This document shows, piece by piece, positions 26,467 through 36,185 of a stretch of 64,000 bases of DNA. The translations under genes and the position numbers were made by a program. A model generated the notes under the pieces. It saw nothing but the letters and a program-made list of their open reading frames with translations, ran no database searches and was not told the DNA's origin. Source of the DNA: Halobacteriovoraceae bacterium (GTDB lineage Bacteria; Bdellovibrionota; Bacteriovoracia; Bacteriovoracales; Bacteriovoracaceae); contig CAVRCF010000005.1 in NCBI GenBank assembly GCA_963719505.1, positions 608,001-672,000 of the forward strand, given 5' to 3'. Within the stretch, counting starts at the first letter, position 1; every line of letters starts with the position of its first letter.

Positions 26467-28092
26467 GTGGACAATAATTCAAAAAATAGTCTTATCCCCC
26501 TTCTTATTCAAAAACCTGAAAATCTAAAAAATGATATATTGTCGGGACTAACAGTTGCTCTTGCACTGATACCTGAAGCCATCGCATTCTCATTTGTTGC
26601 CGGAGTCTCTCCGAAAGTTGGTCTCTATGCGGCTTTTATGATGGGACTTATTACGGCCATCTTTGGTGGACGCCCAGGAATGATCTCTGGGGCCACAGGT
26701 GCTGTTGCTGTTATCTTCACCCCTTTGGTTGCAAAAATCATGACTGAGTCTCAATCAAATGGTTTAACATTTGATCAAGGCATGGATATGGCTTTGGGAT
26801 ACCTCTTTGCTGCCGTTATCTTAATGGGTATTATTCAAATTCTTTTTGGTGTTTTTAAACTTGGAAAATTTATTCGTCTCGTTCCCCATCCGGTTATGCT
26901 CGGCTTTGTAAACGGGCTTGCTATTATAATCTTTAAAGCCCAATTTTCTCAGTTTACTAGTGGAGGAGACATTCTTCCAACAAATCAACTGATGGTTATG
27001 TTTGCTTTAATCGCTCTTACAATGGGCATAAGTGTCTTTTTACCAAAGCTTACAAAAGCTGTACCAGCGACTTTAGCTGGAATCGTTATCGTCTCCATTA
27101 TTGGCTACTTTGTTAATCAATCAAGTCCAGGTCTTGTGAGAACAGTTCTCGATTTTGTTAAGGATATGGACCCCAATATTACTACAATTAAAGCGGGCTT
27201 TCCGACTTTTGCTCTTCCCCAGTTTCCTATGACAATGGAAGCTCTTAACTTTATTCTCCCTTTTGCTGTCATCGCAGCCGCTGTTGGTCTCATTGAATCT
27301 CTTATGACGTTAACACTCGTTGATGAGCTGACAGAGACCAGAGGGAAAGGAAATAAGGAGTGTATCGGTCAAGGTGTGGCCAATGTCGTCAATGGTTTTT
27401 TTGGTGGAATGGGTGGATGTGCCATGATTGGTCAATCCATAATCAATATTCGTGGTGGTGGAAGAGGAAGGACTTCAGGTATTACTGCGGCAGTTGCTCT
27501 TTTAGCTTTTATTATTTTTGGCTCATTCCTAATCGAAATGATCCCTCTTGCCGCATTGGTTGGAGTCATGTTCATGGTTGTTATCGGAACCTTCGAATGG
27601 TCAAGCCTTCGCCTATTTAACAAGATCCCTAAAGCAGATATCTTTGTCGTTATACTCGTCTCCACAGTTACCGTCTTTTTTGACCTGGCCATTGCCGTTA
27701 TCGTTGGGATTATTGTCTCTGCTTTGGTCTTTGCCTGGGAACATGGAAAATCTATCAAGGTAGAGATAACAGAGAGTAAGGGAGCAAAATATTATAAACT
27801 TCACGGTCCCCTATTTTTTAGTTCAGTCACCTCTTTTAAAGATCTGTTTGATTTCAAAAAAGATCCAGAACATATCTACATCGACTTTGAAGATTCTAAA
27901 ATTTGGGATCACTCTGGAATTGAGGCTCTTCAAAATATCACTGAGAGATACGCTCAAAATGATAAGAAGCTTCACCTTTTAAATGTTAATCCAGACTGCA
28001 AGCTGCTTCTTGAAAAGGCATCAAATATTGTTGAATTAAAAGTTGTAGACCACGCAGAATACCATATTGCAGATGATGCGCTAGATAGTTAG
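26467..28092 (+). CDS. SulP/SLC26 family anion transporter with STAS domain (start uncertain, 26401 or 26467)
   Basis: LIPEAIAF, GRPGMISGATGA, GGMGGCAMIGQS and C-terminal GPLFF STAS. Confidence 0.92.
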   Translation: MDNNSKNSLIPLLIQKPENLKNDILSGLTVALALIPEAIAFSFVAGVSPKVGLYAAFMMGLITAIFGGRPGMISGATGAVAVIFTPLVAKIMTESQSNGLTFDQGMDMALGYLFAAVILMGIIQILFGVFKLGKFIRLVPHPVMLGFVNGLAIIIFKAQFSQFTSGGDILPTNQLMVMFALIALTMGISVFLPKLTKAVPATLAGIVIVSIIGYFVNQSSPGLVRTVLDFVKDMDPNITTIKAGFPTFALPQFPMTMEALNFILPFAVIAAAVGLIESLMTLTLVDELTETRGKGNKECIGQGVANVVNGFFGGMGGCAMIGQSIINIRGGGRGRTSGITAAVALLAFIIFGSFLIEMIPLAALVGVMFMVVIGTFEWSSLRLFNKIPKADIFVVILVSTVTVFFDLAIAVIVGIIVSALVFAWEHGKSIKVEITESKGAKYYKLHGPLFFSSVTSFKDLFDFKKDPEHIYIDFEDSKIWDHSGIEALQNITERYAQNDKKLHLLNVNPDCKLLLEKASNIVELKVVDHAEYHIADDALDS

Positions 28093-28093
28093 T

Positions 28094-28454
28094 TTAAACT
28101 TTAAGGTGCATAAGTGATACAGTATTATCATCACTAAAGGCACCACCAGTACCTCCTCCACCGAATGGCACATGGAGAGGAAACTGTACTTTTCGCATAA
28201 GCTTTTAGCTGATATTCATCAAGAAGATCATCTGTCGGTTGACAGTGACTTTACCATTTAGTAAATCGAAGTCCCCTCGTGAGTTGAAAAGTGTAATTAA
28301 ATGAGTCAGTTCTCAGTAATTACATCTTTTCCAAGGTCGACTTCAAGATTCTTTACAAGCGTCTCACCTTCAAAAACAATGATATTTCATCGTGAATAAG
28401 GTAGAGACGATCTTCGTCATTGTAGGTGTAGGAGTTCTTATAAATATTTATCAT
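28094..28454 (-). pseudogene. Small frameshifted gene of about 115-120 codons with a Gly-rich C-terminus
   Basis: Stitched frames: MINIYKNSYTYNDEDRLYLIHDEI / IVFEGETLVKNLEVDLGKDVITE / DFDLLNGKVTVN / DDLLDEYQLKAYAKSTVSSPC / FGGGGTGGAFSDDNTVSLMHLKV*; GGTGG RBS-like before ATG 28454. Confidence 0.45.
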
Positions 28455-28649
28455 ATCTTAATCTACCACCATGATTTGATTAATTTCAATCTAATATGAA
28501 GTGACTTCAACAGAAAGTTATTGGTAAGCCTTATTCGACTTGCTCAGTGCAAGTTCAGAACAAGGAATTTAACTTCATATTTCGGCTATAAACTATGTAT
28601 ATCGAAAAAAGACTATTAAAGACTATTTATGGCCATACACCAATTTTTT

Positions 28650-30293
28650 GTCGGCAGTAAGTTGAAGCCAGAAGAGATTAAGGTATCCTTTCTGTTAGCT
28701 TTGGAAAAGTTTTTGTAACTTGTCGCTTTGATATCATAGCTGTGGATACTGCTATTTTTGTAATGGTGTAATTGATTCTAAAAACTGATAGCTTCCAACT
28801 GTGAAAAACGGTTTCTTACCGCCTTTTATTTACGAACAGATATTGAGGAATCAGGGAACAATGCTCTATTAAATGCGACAGATATCTTGTGAGACCTTGG
28901 ACGTTGAAAGGTTATGCTTTAAAGATGTCGCGAGGATTGATTGCAATGATTTCGAATTTCGAGGAATACTCTTCAGTCTTTCATATTTGAAATCTTTAAC
29001 TCCGAATCATTAGAAGTAACTGAATGTATTTTAATTCTGAATAAGCTTTATTTTGGTCTCGAAATTACAAATTATATGTAACCTGTATTGATGCTAATTC
29101 TGAAACTTTTGAGAAAACGCTTAAAGATTCACCTAAAAGTCCGGGGTAAGACCATGCAGAATTCGAAATACTCTTTTTATCTTCTCGCTTCGTCGACTTG
29201 AAAGTTTTCTTTTAGACATTGAACCCAAAGGTCACAGGAGTTTTACTTTTAAATTTGAATTATTTTTAGAGCAGACTCGATTACAGACGCAAAATGATTA
29301 GATAATTATAACAATCATTATGAGCAAGTACAAGACATCAGGATCTGTTGGAAACAGCTTCGATTAAGTGAATCTAAGTTAGGTCCCGCGAGAATCATCT
29401 AGGCACATGACATGGATGACAAAATGAAGATGAATTAACTTCAGGCTCCACAACCAACGTCTGACTATCAATAATTTTCCCACATATGAGGGCATTTTCT
29501 GCATTTAATGCTCCGTGTCGGAGTCCGTTTAAGAGACCAGAGGTTAGAGTGATTAAATGGGCATCAAGGAGGTTGTTCCGAGCACCATTAAAGTTTTTCT
29601 ACAATCGAGCAGAAAACTTTGTTAATGCTATCGTTAAACTTCAAGTTTAACTGTAGCATTACAAAGTCTCATTGATGTTCGTGCTCTAAAACAAAGATAA
29701 TCTTCTGTCCCTACTAATATTAGAAATTGCACATACTCTTTCAGCTCCTAAGAGGAAGAGAGAGGTTTAAAAGATTGCCATAAAAGAAATCCAGTAACAA
29801 TTCATTTAGAGTCGCTTTACCACTAGAATGAGCATAATCTAACCGCTGAGCATGTTTATTTCTTCCGGCGCCTTTTATATCAAGCCCCCTTAAAAATAAA
29901 TGTCTGAGGATCCCGAATTGGAAATTTCACACCCGACTGGAATCTTTCAGCTGGAGTATAGTCCCATTAAATGCTTCGTAGAAGACTCTTGTTCACTTTA
30001 TAAAAAGCTTTATCACTTGGATCTGAAACATAACTTAGGATTGTCAATAATTTATCTTTCTCAATATCGATAATTGCATTTAGTTGTTCTTTTGAAGCGG
30101 CATCATTATGGAGCTTGTCATAGACCTTTACGAAATTTCTGTATGGGCACATCCTTGGATCTTCTAAATTTTTATTTATAAATACGGCTGCTTCTATGAG
30201 ATAATCTTTTAAAGATTCATCATAGAAAACGACTTTAGTTTCTACTGATTTTACTTTTGTTGGAGAAAAGTGTGGATGATCAAAGTAGAACAT
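28650..30293 (-). pseudogene. SelO/YdiU-like protein adenylyltransferase (pseudokinase fold), disrupted by many frameshifts or assembly errors; 3' end approximate
   Basis: The 29967-30293 ORF is the probable N-terminus; downstream frames give DIKGAGRN (29858-29881), LPLGAERVCAI, MRL and HGALNAENALICGKIID (29467-29517), matching SelO KGxGR and HGxxNxDN-x6-ID motifs in the expected order. Confidence 0.7.
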
Positions 30294-31108
30294 TTTTAAT
30301 TGACCTTATCGTTGTTGCTAAAAGTATAAATTCTGAAGTACTCCAATTGCTATCTCACGCTGAAGGATACTTGAAAGAAGTCAGAGTTGACTCTAATATT
30401 ATCATCGTTCACCACCACAAACAAAAAAATATTGAAATACCCAGAGGTTTTTTAACTATTAGCACTCAAAGGCATTCGGCTGCTCGAAGTAGAAATTTAG
30501 CCTTGAAAGAAGTTAAAAATGAAGCTGTTATTTTTCTTGACGATGATACTCTTACAAATTCTGAATGGGCCAATAATATAAGAAGGTTTTTAGAAGCAAC
30601 CTTTATCGATATTGTATGTTTCAACACAGGCTCAGAAACGTCAACGTTTAATGTTTCTTCCCTTCAAAATGGTAGGCTTTTTAAAGCTGACACAGCCGGC
30701 ATGGGAATAAAAATATCATTATTCAAATCGGGTCTAAAATTTGATGAAACTTTTAAAAGAGCTGAAGATTGTGACCTTGTCACAACAGCCATAAGAATGG
30801 GATTTATCTGCTGGTTTTGTGAAACAAAAATTTTCGATAAAAATAAAGATGGATTTATAAAAAGATTGATTCTTAAAAGAAAAAATAATTTTTATATGAA
30901 AAGATTGTTCAATAAACATTTTTCAACAACGAAGAAAGTTAAAATGCTTAAGAAGAATTTTGTTTATTTATTTAAAGGACAGAAAATCCAAGGAAATATC
31001 TATATTTTGAATTCTGCTCTAGTCATTGACCAGGTTGAAAAGAAGTTCGATATGAGGTCTTATGATATTATTGAGAAAAATAATATTCGCATCATCACAG
31101 AAATTTAA
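30257..31108 (+). CDS. Glycosyltransferase family 2 (start codon uncertain)
   Basis: SAARSRNLAL, IFLDDD (DxD) and FDETFKRAEDCDL motifs. Confidence 0.8.
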   Translation: MLEKSVDDQSRTFLIDLIVVAKSINSEVLQLLSHAEGYLKEVRVDSNIIIVHHHKQKNIEIPRGFLTISTQRHSAARSRNLALKEVKNEAVIFLDDDTLTNSEWANNIRRFLEATFIDIVCFNTGSETSTFNVSSLQNGRLFKADTAGMGIKISLFKSGLKFDETFKRAEDCDLVTTAIRMGFICWFCETKIFDKNKDGFIKRLILKRKNNFYMKRLFNKHFSTTKKVKMLKKNFVYLFKGQKIQGNIYILNSALVIDQVEKKFDMRSYDIIEKNNIRIITEI

Positions 31109-31142
31109 TGACCTCACACTGCATTTAAATTTAAATGAAGAT

Positions 31143-31685
31143 TTAAAAAGTAGAGTTGTATAAATTTAAATATATTGGCACTCTCGATAGAGTATTGCCA
31201 TGAGTTCCAACAGCTTGAAAGCTTCTCTCATATTCGAAATTGATCTCTTGCACGCGTCCACCAAAGAAACCACCATCTTCTTGAGGAGGAGGAGCACCAA
31301 AGCCACCACCTGATGGTGCAGGAGGCGCAGGATTTCCATAAGGATTTTGATTGTATGGATCTCGAGGAGCATAAGGATCTCTTGCAGGAGGGGCATACGG
31401 ATCGTACGCCGGCTCTGATGAAACGGGATTATTTCTCGAATTATGGGTATTTATAACGTAAGCCCCAAAGCCGATACCAGCGTATAGCCCCAAAGAAGCC
31501 CCTTGAGCAATGGCCCTAGAGTTATTTCCAAAGGCTAAGGTCGCAAAACCTAAAAGTGCACCGCCCACAGTTCCATAAGCCGTCATGATCATAAAAGCTT
31601 TAGCTTTTGGATCAAGAGCTTGCGCTTCTTTAACAGGAGTAATGAGGGAAAATAGTAAAACCAATGATATTAGTAACTTCTTCAT
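31143..31685 (-). CDS. Secreted/membrane protein with a glycine-zipper-like segment and Pro/Tyr-rich repeats
   Basis: Signal peptide, YGTVGGALLG...GASLGLYAGIGFG, repeats DPYAPPARDPYAPRDPY. Confidence 0.75.
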   Translation of the reverse strand: MKKLLISLVLLFSLITPVKEAQALDPKAKAFMIMTAYGTVGGALLGFATLAFGNNSRAIAQGASLGLYAGIGFGAYVINTHNSRNNPVSSEPAYDPYAPPARDPYAPRDPYNQNPYGNPAPPAPSGGGFGAPPPQEDGGFFGGRVQEINFEYERSFQAVGTHGNTLSRVPIYLNLYNSTF

Positions 31686-31707
31686 GTAATTAAGGTTAAC
31701 GAGGCTC

Positions 31708-32001
31708 TTAGCCTTTGGCAATAATTTTGACGATAAATTTGACACGGGTTGGAATATTTAAAAGTGATTCAAGAAATTCCGCAGAGCGTCTAAGGCGCAA
31801 AGACTGTCCCCTTCTCGCCTGTACAACTCCAAGTTGAGAGGACTTAACTTCTATCAAGTTAAGAATTTTTTGATCTATAAATGAGATATCAATCTGTCCG
31901 CAGCCGTAGCGTCTGAGCATTGCACTTGAAATCAAGACGGGTATATTTTTTTTATGAAGGGATAAGCTTAGCTTTTTTTCATTTAACAAATTCTTTAACA
32001 C
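31708..32001 (-). CDS. YraN/UPF0102-like PD-(D/E)xK nuclease-fold protein
   Basis: GQIDI...LIEVKS motif; usual position directly after rnhB. Confidence 0.65.
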   Translation of the reverse strand: MLKNLLNEKKLSLSLHKKNIPVLISSAMLRRYGCGQIDISFIDQKILNLIEVKSSQLGVVQARRGQSLRLRRSAEFLESLLNIPTRVKFIVKIIAKG

Positions 32002-32632
32002 CTTTAAAAGATTTTCGATGAATGGGTGATATCCCCAAAAGTTTTACGGCTTCTTTATGGGCCGCCGTTGGATACCCTGCATGTCTTTCTAAACCATAAC
32101 CTGGGTAAAGAACTGAATATTCAGCCATTTTTTTATCGCGATACTCCTTTGCGATAATCGAGGCAAGTGCTATGACCACTGACTTTGAGTCCCCCTTTAC
32201 TACAGCTTCAATTTTATTTGAAGTTTCAAACGTTTTATTTCCATCGATAAGAATAATAGATTTTTTGCATTTAAGATTCGCACTCGCCTCTTTCATACTT
32301 TCAAGTGAAGCCTGTAGAATATTAATCTGGTCAATCTGTTCTGGGGATTTTTCACAGACACAAAAATCAAATTCAAATTTTTGTGTTTTTATTTTTGCAG
32401 GAACCATAATTTCGATAGTGTCTAAATCGACAGCTAAACTCTCAAGAATAGACAGACGTTTTTTGGTGGAAAGTTTTTTTGAATCGGTAACTTGTAATTC
32501 TTTTAAATATTCAATTGTGTGCACATCGCTGATTTTTACAGCGCAAGAATTCACGGGTCCTGCGATAGGACCTCTTCCAACTTCATCACAACCAATAATT
32601 GAGGGATAACTTTTAAGACGATCTAAGTCCAT
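31979..32632 (-). CDS. rnhB: Ribonuclease HII
   Basis: GCDEVGRGPIAGPV, DSKKLS, KGDSKS, ASIIAK and HRKSF motifs. Confidence 0.95.
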   Translation of the reverse strand: MDLDRLKSYPSIIGCDEVGRGPIAGPVNSCAVKISDVHTIEYLKELQVTDSKKLSTKKRLSILESLAVDLDTIEIMVPAKIKTQKFEFDFCVCEKSPEQIDQINILQASLESMKEASANLKCKKSIILIDGNKTFETSNKIEAVVKGDSKSVVIALASIIAKEYRDKKMAEYSVLYPGYGLERHAGYPTAAHKEAVKLLGISPIHRKSFKGVKEFVK

Positions 32633-32709
32633 CTTTGTCTCCATAAAAAAACAAAGCCCCACATAAATGTGAGGCCATGATTTTTAAACTTTTTTCAAAT
32701 GAAAATGAA

Positions 32710-33078
32710 TTAGTTTTTTGCGCTGTAATCAGTTTCGATTCTAGCTGCTTTACCAGTTCTTTCTCTAAGGTAGAAGTGCTTAGCTCTTCTAACTTTACCT
32801 CTGTTAAGAACTTTAATAGCCTCAACATTTGGTGAATGAAATGGAAATACTCTCTCAACACCAATACCGCTAGAAAGTTTTCTAACGCGAAAGTGTGAGT
32901 CAGTAGTTCCTCTTCTGCCTTTCATAGCGATAACAACACCGTCGAATAATTGAATTCTAGATTTTGCACCTTCTGTGATTCTAACAGATACTGAAACAGA
33001 ATCCCCTGCTTTGAAAGCGGGAAACTTTTCAACATTTTTACTTGTGTAGTTTTTGTTAACTAAATCTACTAAGTTCAT
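32710..33078 (-). CDS. rplS: 50S ribosomal protein L19
   Basis: RIQLFDGVVI, VRKLSSGIGVERVFP and RGKVRRAK motifs. Confidence 0.97.
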   Translation of the reverse strand: MNLVDLVNKNYTSKNVEKFPAFKAGDSVSVSVRITEGAKSRIQLFDGVVIAMKGRRGTTDSHFRVRKLSSGIGVERVFPFHSPNVEAIKVLNRGKVRRAKHFYLRERTGKAARIETDYSAKN

Positions 33079-33160
33079 TTTTCTCTCCTAAAGAGTGCCT
33101 TCCATTCGCCTTCTCAACTTTTTCCAACATGGCCAGAGGGGAGGATTATAATTTATAGAC

Positions 33161-33724
33161 TCAGAGGCTTCTGTGTAAACGGTCACAATAAATTGCAACA
33201 GCCGACCTAACTGAAAGATGATTATAACCATCTTTTGAAGCACCATAAAGTGGTTCAAGTTTGTAGTCTGCACTTTCAGTTACAGAGGCATGTAGTCCCC
33301 AACCTGTACCAAATAACAGGAGCATGGGTCGTTTGTCAACTTGAAACGCCGAGCGTAATTGCTCTGTATTTCCGTCAAACTTCTCAAAATTAGCTCCAGT
33401 AACAACAACAAAGGGTTCTACCCCTTCAATTTCTTTAATTTTATTTTTAGCTGACTCTATTGACTCTGCGAGTCTAATAAAAGATAAAGCTTCTTTTCTA
33501 TCTGGATTATAGGAATTTCCGTAGTCCGTATTCCAATGGTCTAGGATCGTTTGAACGAGTTCATGTTGTTTTTGAATGGGAGTCACAATAAAGTATCCAT
33601 CAAATCCAAAAGTTTTAGCACTTCTTGCTATGTCGTGAATATCGAGGTTTGTGACAGATGTTGTTACCGTCTCCCCTCTCTTATCAACTATGGGGTGATG
33701 AATGAGTCCAATATATTTGTTCAT
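33161..33724 (-). CDS. SPOUT-class SAM-dependent RNA methyltransferase (TrmD-associated family)
   Basis: TTSVTNLDIHDIAR, LFGTGWGL and YNHLSVRSAVAI motifs. Confidence 0.88.
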   Translation of the reverse strand: MNKYIGLIHHPIVDKRGETVTTSVTNLDIHDIARSAKTFGFDGYFIVTPIQKQHELVQTILDHWNTDYGNSYNPDRKEALSFIRLAESIESAKNKIKEIEGVEPFVVVTGANFEKFDGNTEQLRSAFQVDKRPMLLLFGTGWGLHASVTESADYKLEPLYGASKDGYNHLSVRSAVAIYCDRLHRSL

Positions 33725-33792
33725 ATAATCCTGCTGCTTTTTAGATAGTAAATTATATGAATCGGCTTATTTTGTCATTTTTTTGTGGACTC

Positions 33793-34731
33793 CTAATGAA
33801 ATAAAACTTCTGAGCCAGCCTCAGAGGTATACATCCCATATTGAGTATGACCAACTCCCGGAACTGTAACTAATGAGTGTTTATTTTGAGGATAAAATTT
33901 ATCTAGATGTTCTTTAAAAGAGACTCCTCTTCTAAAACGGTTGGGACCTTGAACTCTAGCTTCACATGATTGTTCCACATCACCAATGTCATCTTCTCCC
34001 AACAAATAGACAACGTCCCTTTCCAAGAAATTGGTTACCATCTTTGAGAGGTCAATTTTTTTCATATAATGATTTCTTCTGTCCATTCCATACTTGTAGT
34101 CGTTATAAGCACATCTCACATTTGGAATTTCAAACTGTCCTCTATGATTTGGCACAGGTCTAAACTTATTCAAGTACGCATAGGTCCCAGGATTTGCCAC
34201 GACATACTTAAATTGGATCTGCGGATACTTATTCTCAATGACTGAACCCAAGGCATATCTCTGAGTCAGATGTCCACCTGCTGAGTGTCCTGTAATTACA
34301 ATCGACCTTAAATTTGGAAATCTCGTTTTGTTTGCCAACCTATCAACCAACATATCGATCACTTTGAAAGAAGAGGTACTACTTCTATCGATGGAATTAT
34401 TACCTATCCACCAATCAAAACCCCAAGCATTGTAAACGTACTCACCAGGCACCACACTATCGCCTCTTTCTTTAAAGTTTGGAGAAAGAATAAATGTACT
34501 TTTCTCAACTCCCAAGCGCTTGGCCATTCTTGCCACTGACTTAAAGTATGTTCCCCCGTTTCTGGTTGAACCGTGAATGGTGATAATTGCTTTTTCAATA
34601 TCACTATTGATTGAGTCGATTGCATGACTTTGAAATGCCATCAATTTATTGCCATTAAGTTCGATATAACTCGCATCTGGAACCTGAGAAAAGACAGAGA
34701 TTGAGACTAAGAGAAGAAAGATCTTAAGCAT
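33793..34731 (-). CDS. Secreted alpha/beta hydrolase
   Basis: Signal peptide, IHG, GHSAGG and VPGVGH motifs. Confidence 0.85.
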   Translation of the reverse strand: MLKIFLLLVSISVFSQVPDASYIELNGNKLMAFQSHAIDSINSDIEKAIITIHGSTRNGGTYFKSVARMAKRLGVEKSTFILSPNFKERGDSVVPGEYVYNAWGFDWWIGNNSIDRSSTSSFKVIDMLVDRLANKTRFPNLRSIVITGHSAGGHLTQRYALGSVIENKYPQIQFKYVVANPGTYAYLNKFRPVPNHRGQFEIPNVRCAYNDYKYGMDRRNHYMKKIDLSKMVTNFLERDVVYLLGEDDIGDVEQSCEARVQGPNRFRRGVSFKEHLDKFYPQNKHSLVTVPGVGHTQYGMYTSEAGSEVLFH

Positions 34732-34844
34732 GTTTACTCCTTAGGGGTTGAGCAGTGACTATAGCTTAAAACCATAAACGAAAGGTAAAAGTTGTAAAAA
34801 ATACTGGAGCTTTGACTCTCCAAGCCTATGTTTTTAGGATAGAT

Positions 34845-35588
34845 CTAGCTTTTCTGTAAGAGGTCAGGACGATAGGTTTTTGTTATTTCTAAAGAGGAGA
34901 TCTCCTTGAAGCGATTAATTTGTTTTGGATCTCCACTTAACAGTTCAGAAGGAATCCCTTTGCCCTCAAATTCTCTGGGCCTTGTATAAAGAGCATACTC
35001 AAGTTTATCACTGGCAAAGGATTCATCTTGAGCAGAAAGTTTATTCCCCAAAACTCCGTCAGAGAACCTCATCGCTGAATCAAGAATCACCATTGTCGCC
35101 AGCTCCCCCCCTGTCAGGATATAATTTCCAACAGAGATAAATTCATCAACATAGTTTTCTAGAAATCTCTCATCGATTCCCTCATATCGTCCGCAAATGA
35201 AAACGAGGTCCTTTTTTGAACTCTCCGAGAGGTTTTTAGCTGCAAAGTTTTTAGCAAAGTTATTATCCCAAGTTTTTCCTCTGGGGCTTGGGCAAACAAT
35301 ATGAAGGTCTTCTTTTATATCTTTGTAGCCCCCAGGCTCCACCACACCCTTTATAAGAGCTTCTTTTAGAATATCTGAACGCATGATCATTCCGACGCCT
35401 CCACCAAAAGGAGCGTCATCTACGCCTTTAAAGCCCTTTTTATTAAAGGCCGATAAATTAACTGGTAAAAGTTCAAAAGTGACACCACTACCTCTTTCAT
35501 TTCTTAAAGCACTACCGAGGACGCCGTACTCTTTAAGTGGAGCAAAATAATCCTCAAACATGGTTAATATCCAGATCTTTCTAATCAT
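34845..35588 (-). CDS. trmD: tRNA (guanine37-N1)-methyltransferase
   Basis: VDDAPFGGGVGM, CGRYEGIDER, ISVGNYILTGGE and YTRP motifs. Confidence 0.96.
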   Translation of the reverse strand: MIRKIWILTMFEDYFAPLKEYGVLGSALRNERGSGVTFELLPVNLSAFNKKGFKGVDDAPFGGGVGMIMRSDILKEALIKGVVEPGGYKDIKEDLHIVCPSPRGKTWDNNFAKNFAAKNLSESSKKDLVFICGRYEGIDERFLENYVDEFISVGNYILTGGELATMVILDSAMRFSDGVLGNKLSAQDESFASDKLEYALYTRPREFEGKGIPSELLSGDPKQINRFKEISSLEITKTYRPDLLQKS

Positions 35589-36112
35589 TAGAGCTCACCC
35601 GGATTATTCATCTCTATTCTTTGAGCTTCGATGTCTACAACGGGAAAAAATTGATCGACGAAAGGGAGCTCTATTTCTCCGCCTCTAGTTAAAGAAATCA
35701 CCAGAACAATTTGAGCTCCGTTATCATAAAAATTATCGACGACACCAACTTGATTCTCTCCTTCGAAAACTCTAAGAGAAATAAGATCTGACAGATAAAA
35801 CTCACCTTGATTGGGTTCATCTAGCCTTGAGCGTTCAACCCAAATAGTAAAAGGGATCAGATCCTCTACAATATTTCTATCGCTTATATTTTCTAATCTC
35901 ACGATCACTTTATTGCCAAATCTAATGGATTCAATTTTAAAGCTTTGTCCCGCTTTTGGTAGAGTGCTATTTGCACTTTGAGGCTTCAACACAAGAGGAA
36001 GATCTTTTTTCAAAGAACTTTCCTCACTATTGAAAAGATTAAAGATAAACTCACCCTTTATACCGTGAGGCTTAAAGCAAGTTCCAAGTTGAATATATTT
36101 TTCTTCTTTCAT
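35588..36112 (-). CDS. rimM: Ribosome maturation factor RimM
   Basis: KPHGIKGE, EFYLSDL and LPFV motifs; gene order. Confidence 0.92.
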   Translation of the reverse strand: MKEEKYIQLGTCFKPHGIKGEFIFNLFNSEESSLKKDLPLVLKPQSANSTLPKAGQSFKIESIRFGNKVIVRLENISDRNIVEDLIPFTIWVERSRLDEPNQGEFYLSDLISLRVFEGENQVGVVDNFYDNGAQIVLVISLTRGGEIELPFVDQFFPVVDIEAQRIEMNNPGEL

Positions 36113-36185
36113 TTTTTTTCCAAAAAAAAACCTCAATAAAACCGAAGTTGTATTGAGGTTTATTAAAACTATAATTTAAAACTAT

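Noticed and set aside
29398-29421. CxxCH heme motif (CHPCH) in a minus-strand frame
   Set aside because: Occurs just before a stop in a frameshift-riddled region and is probably out of frame; no cytochrome context
29616-29667. Integron attC site
   Set aside because: Lacks terminal RYYYAAC...GTTRRRY boxes and no integrase is present
28093-29966. CRISPR array, rRNA/tRNA or long ncRNA in the ORF-free gap
   Set aside because: No direct repeats or RNA-gene signatures; better explained by frameshifted coding sequence
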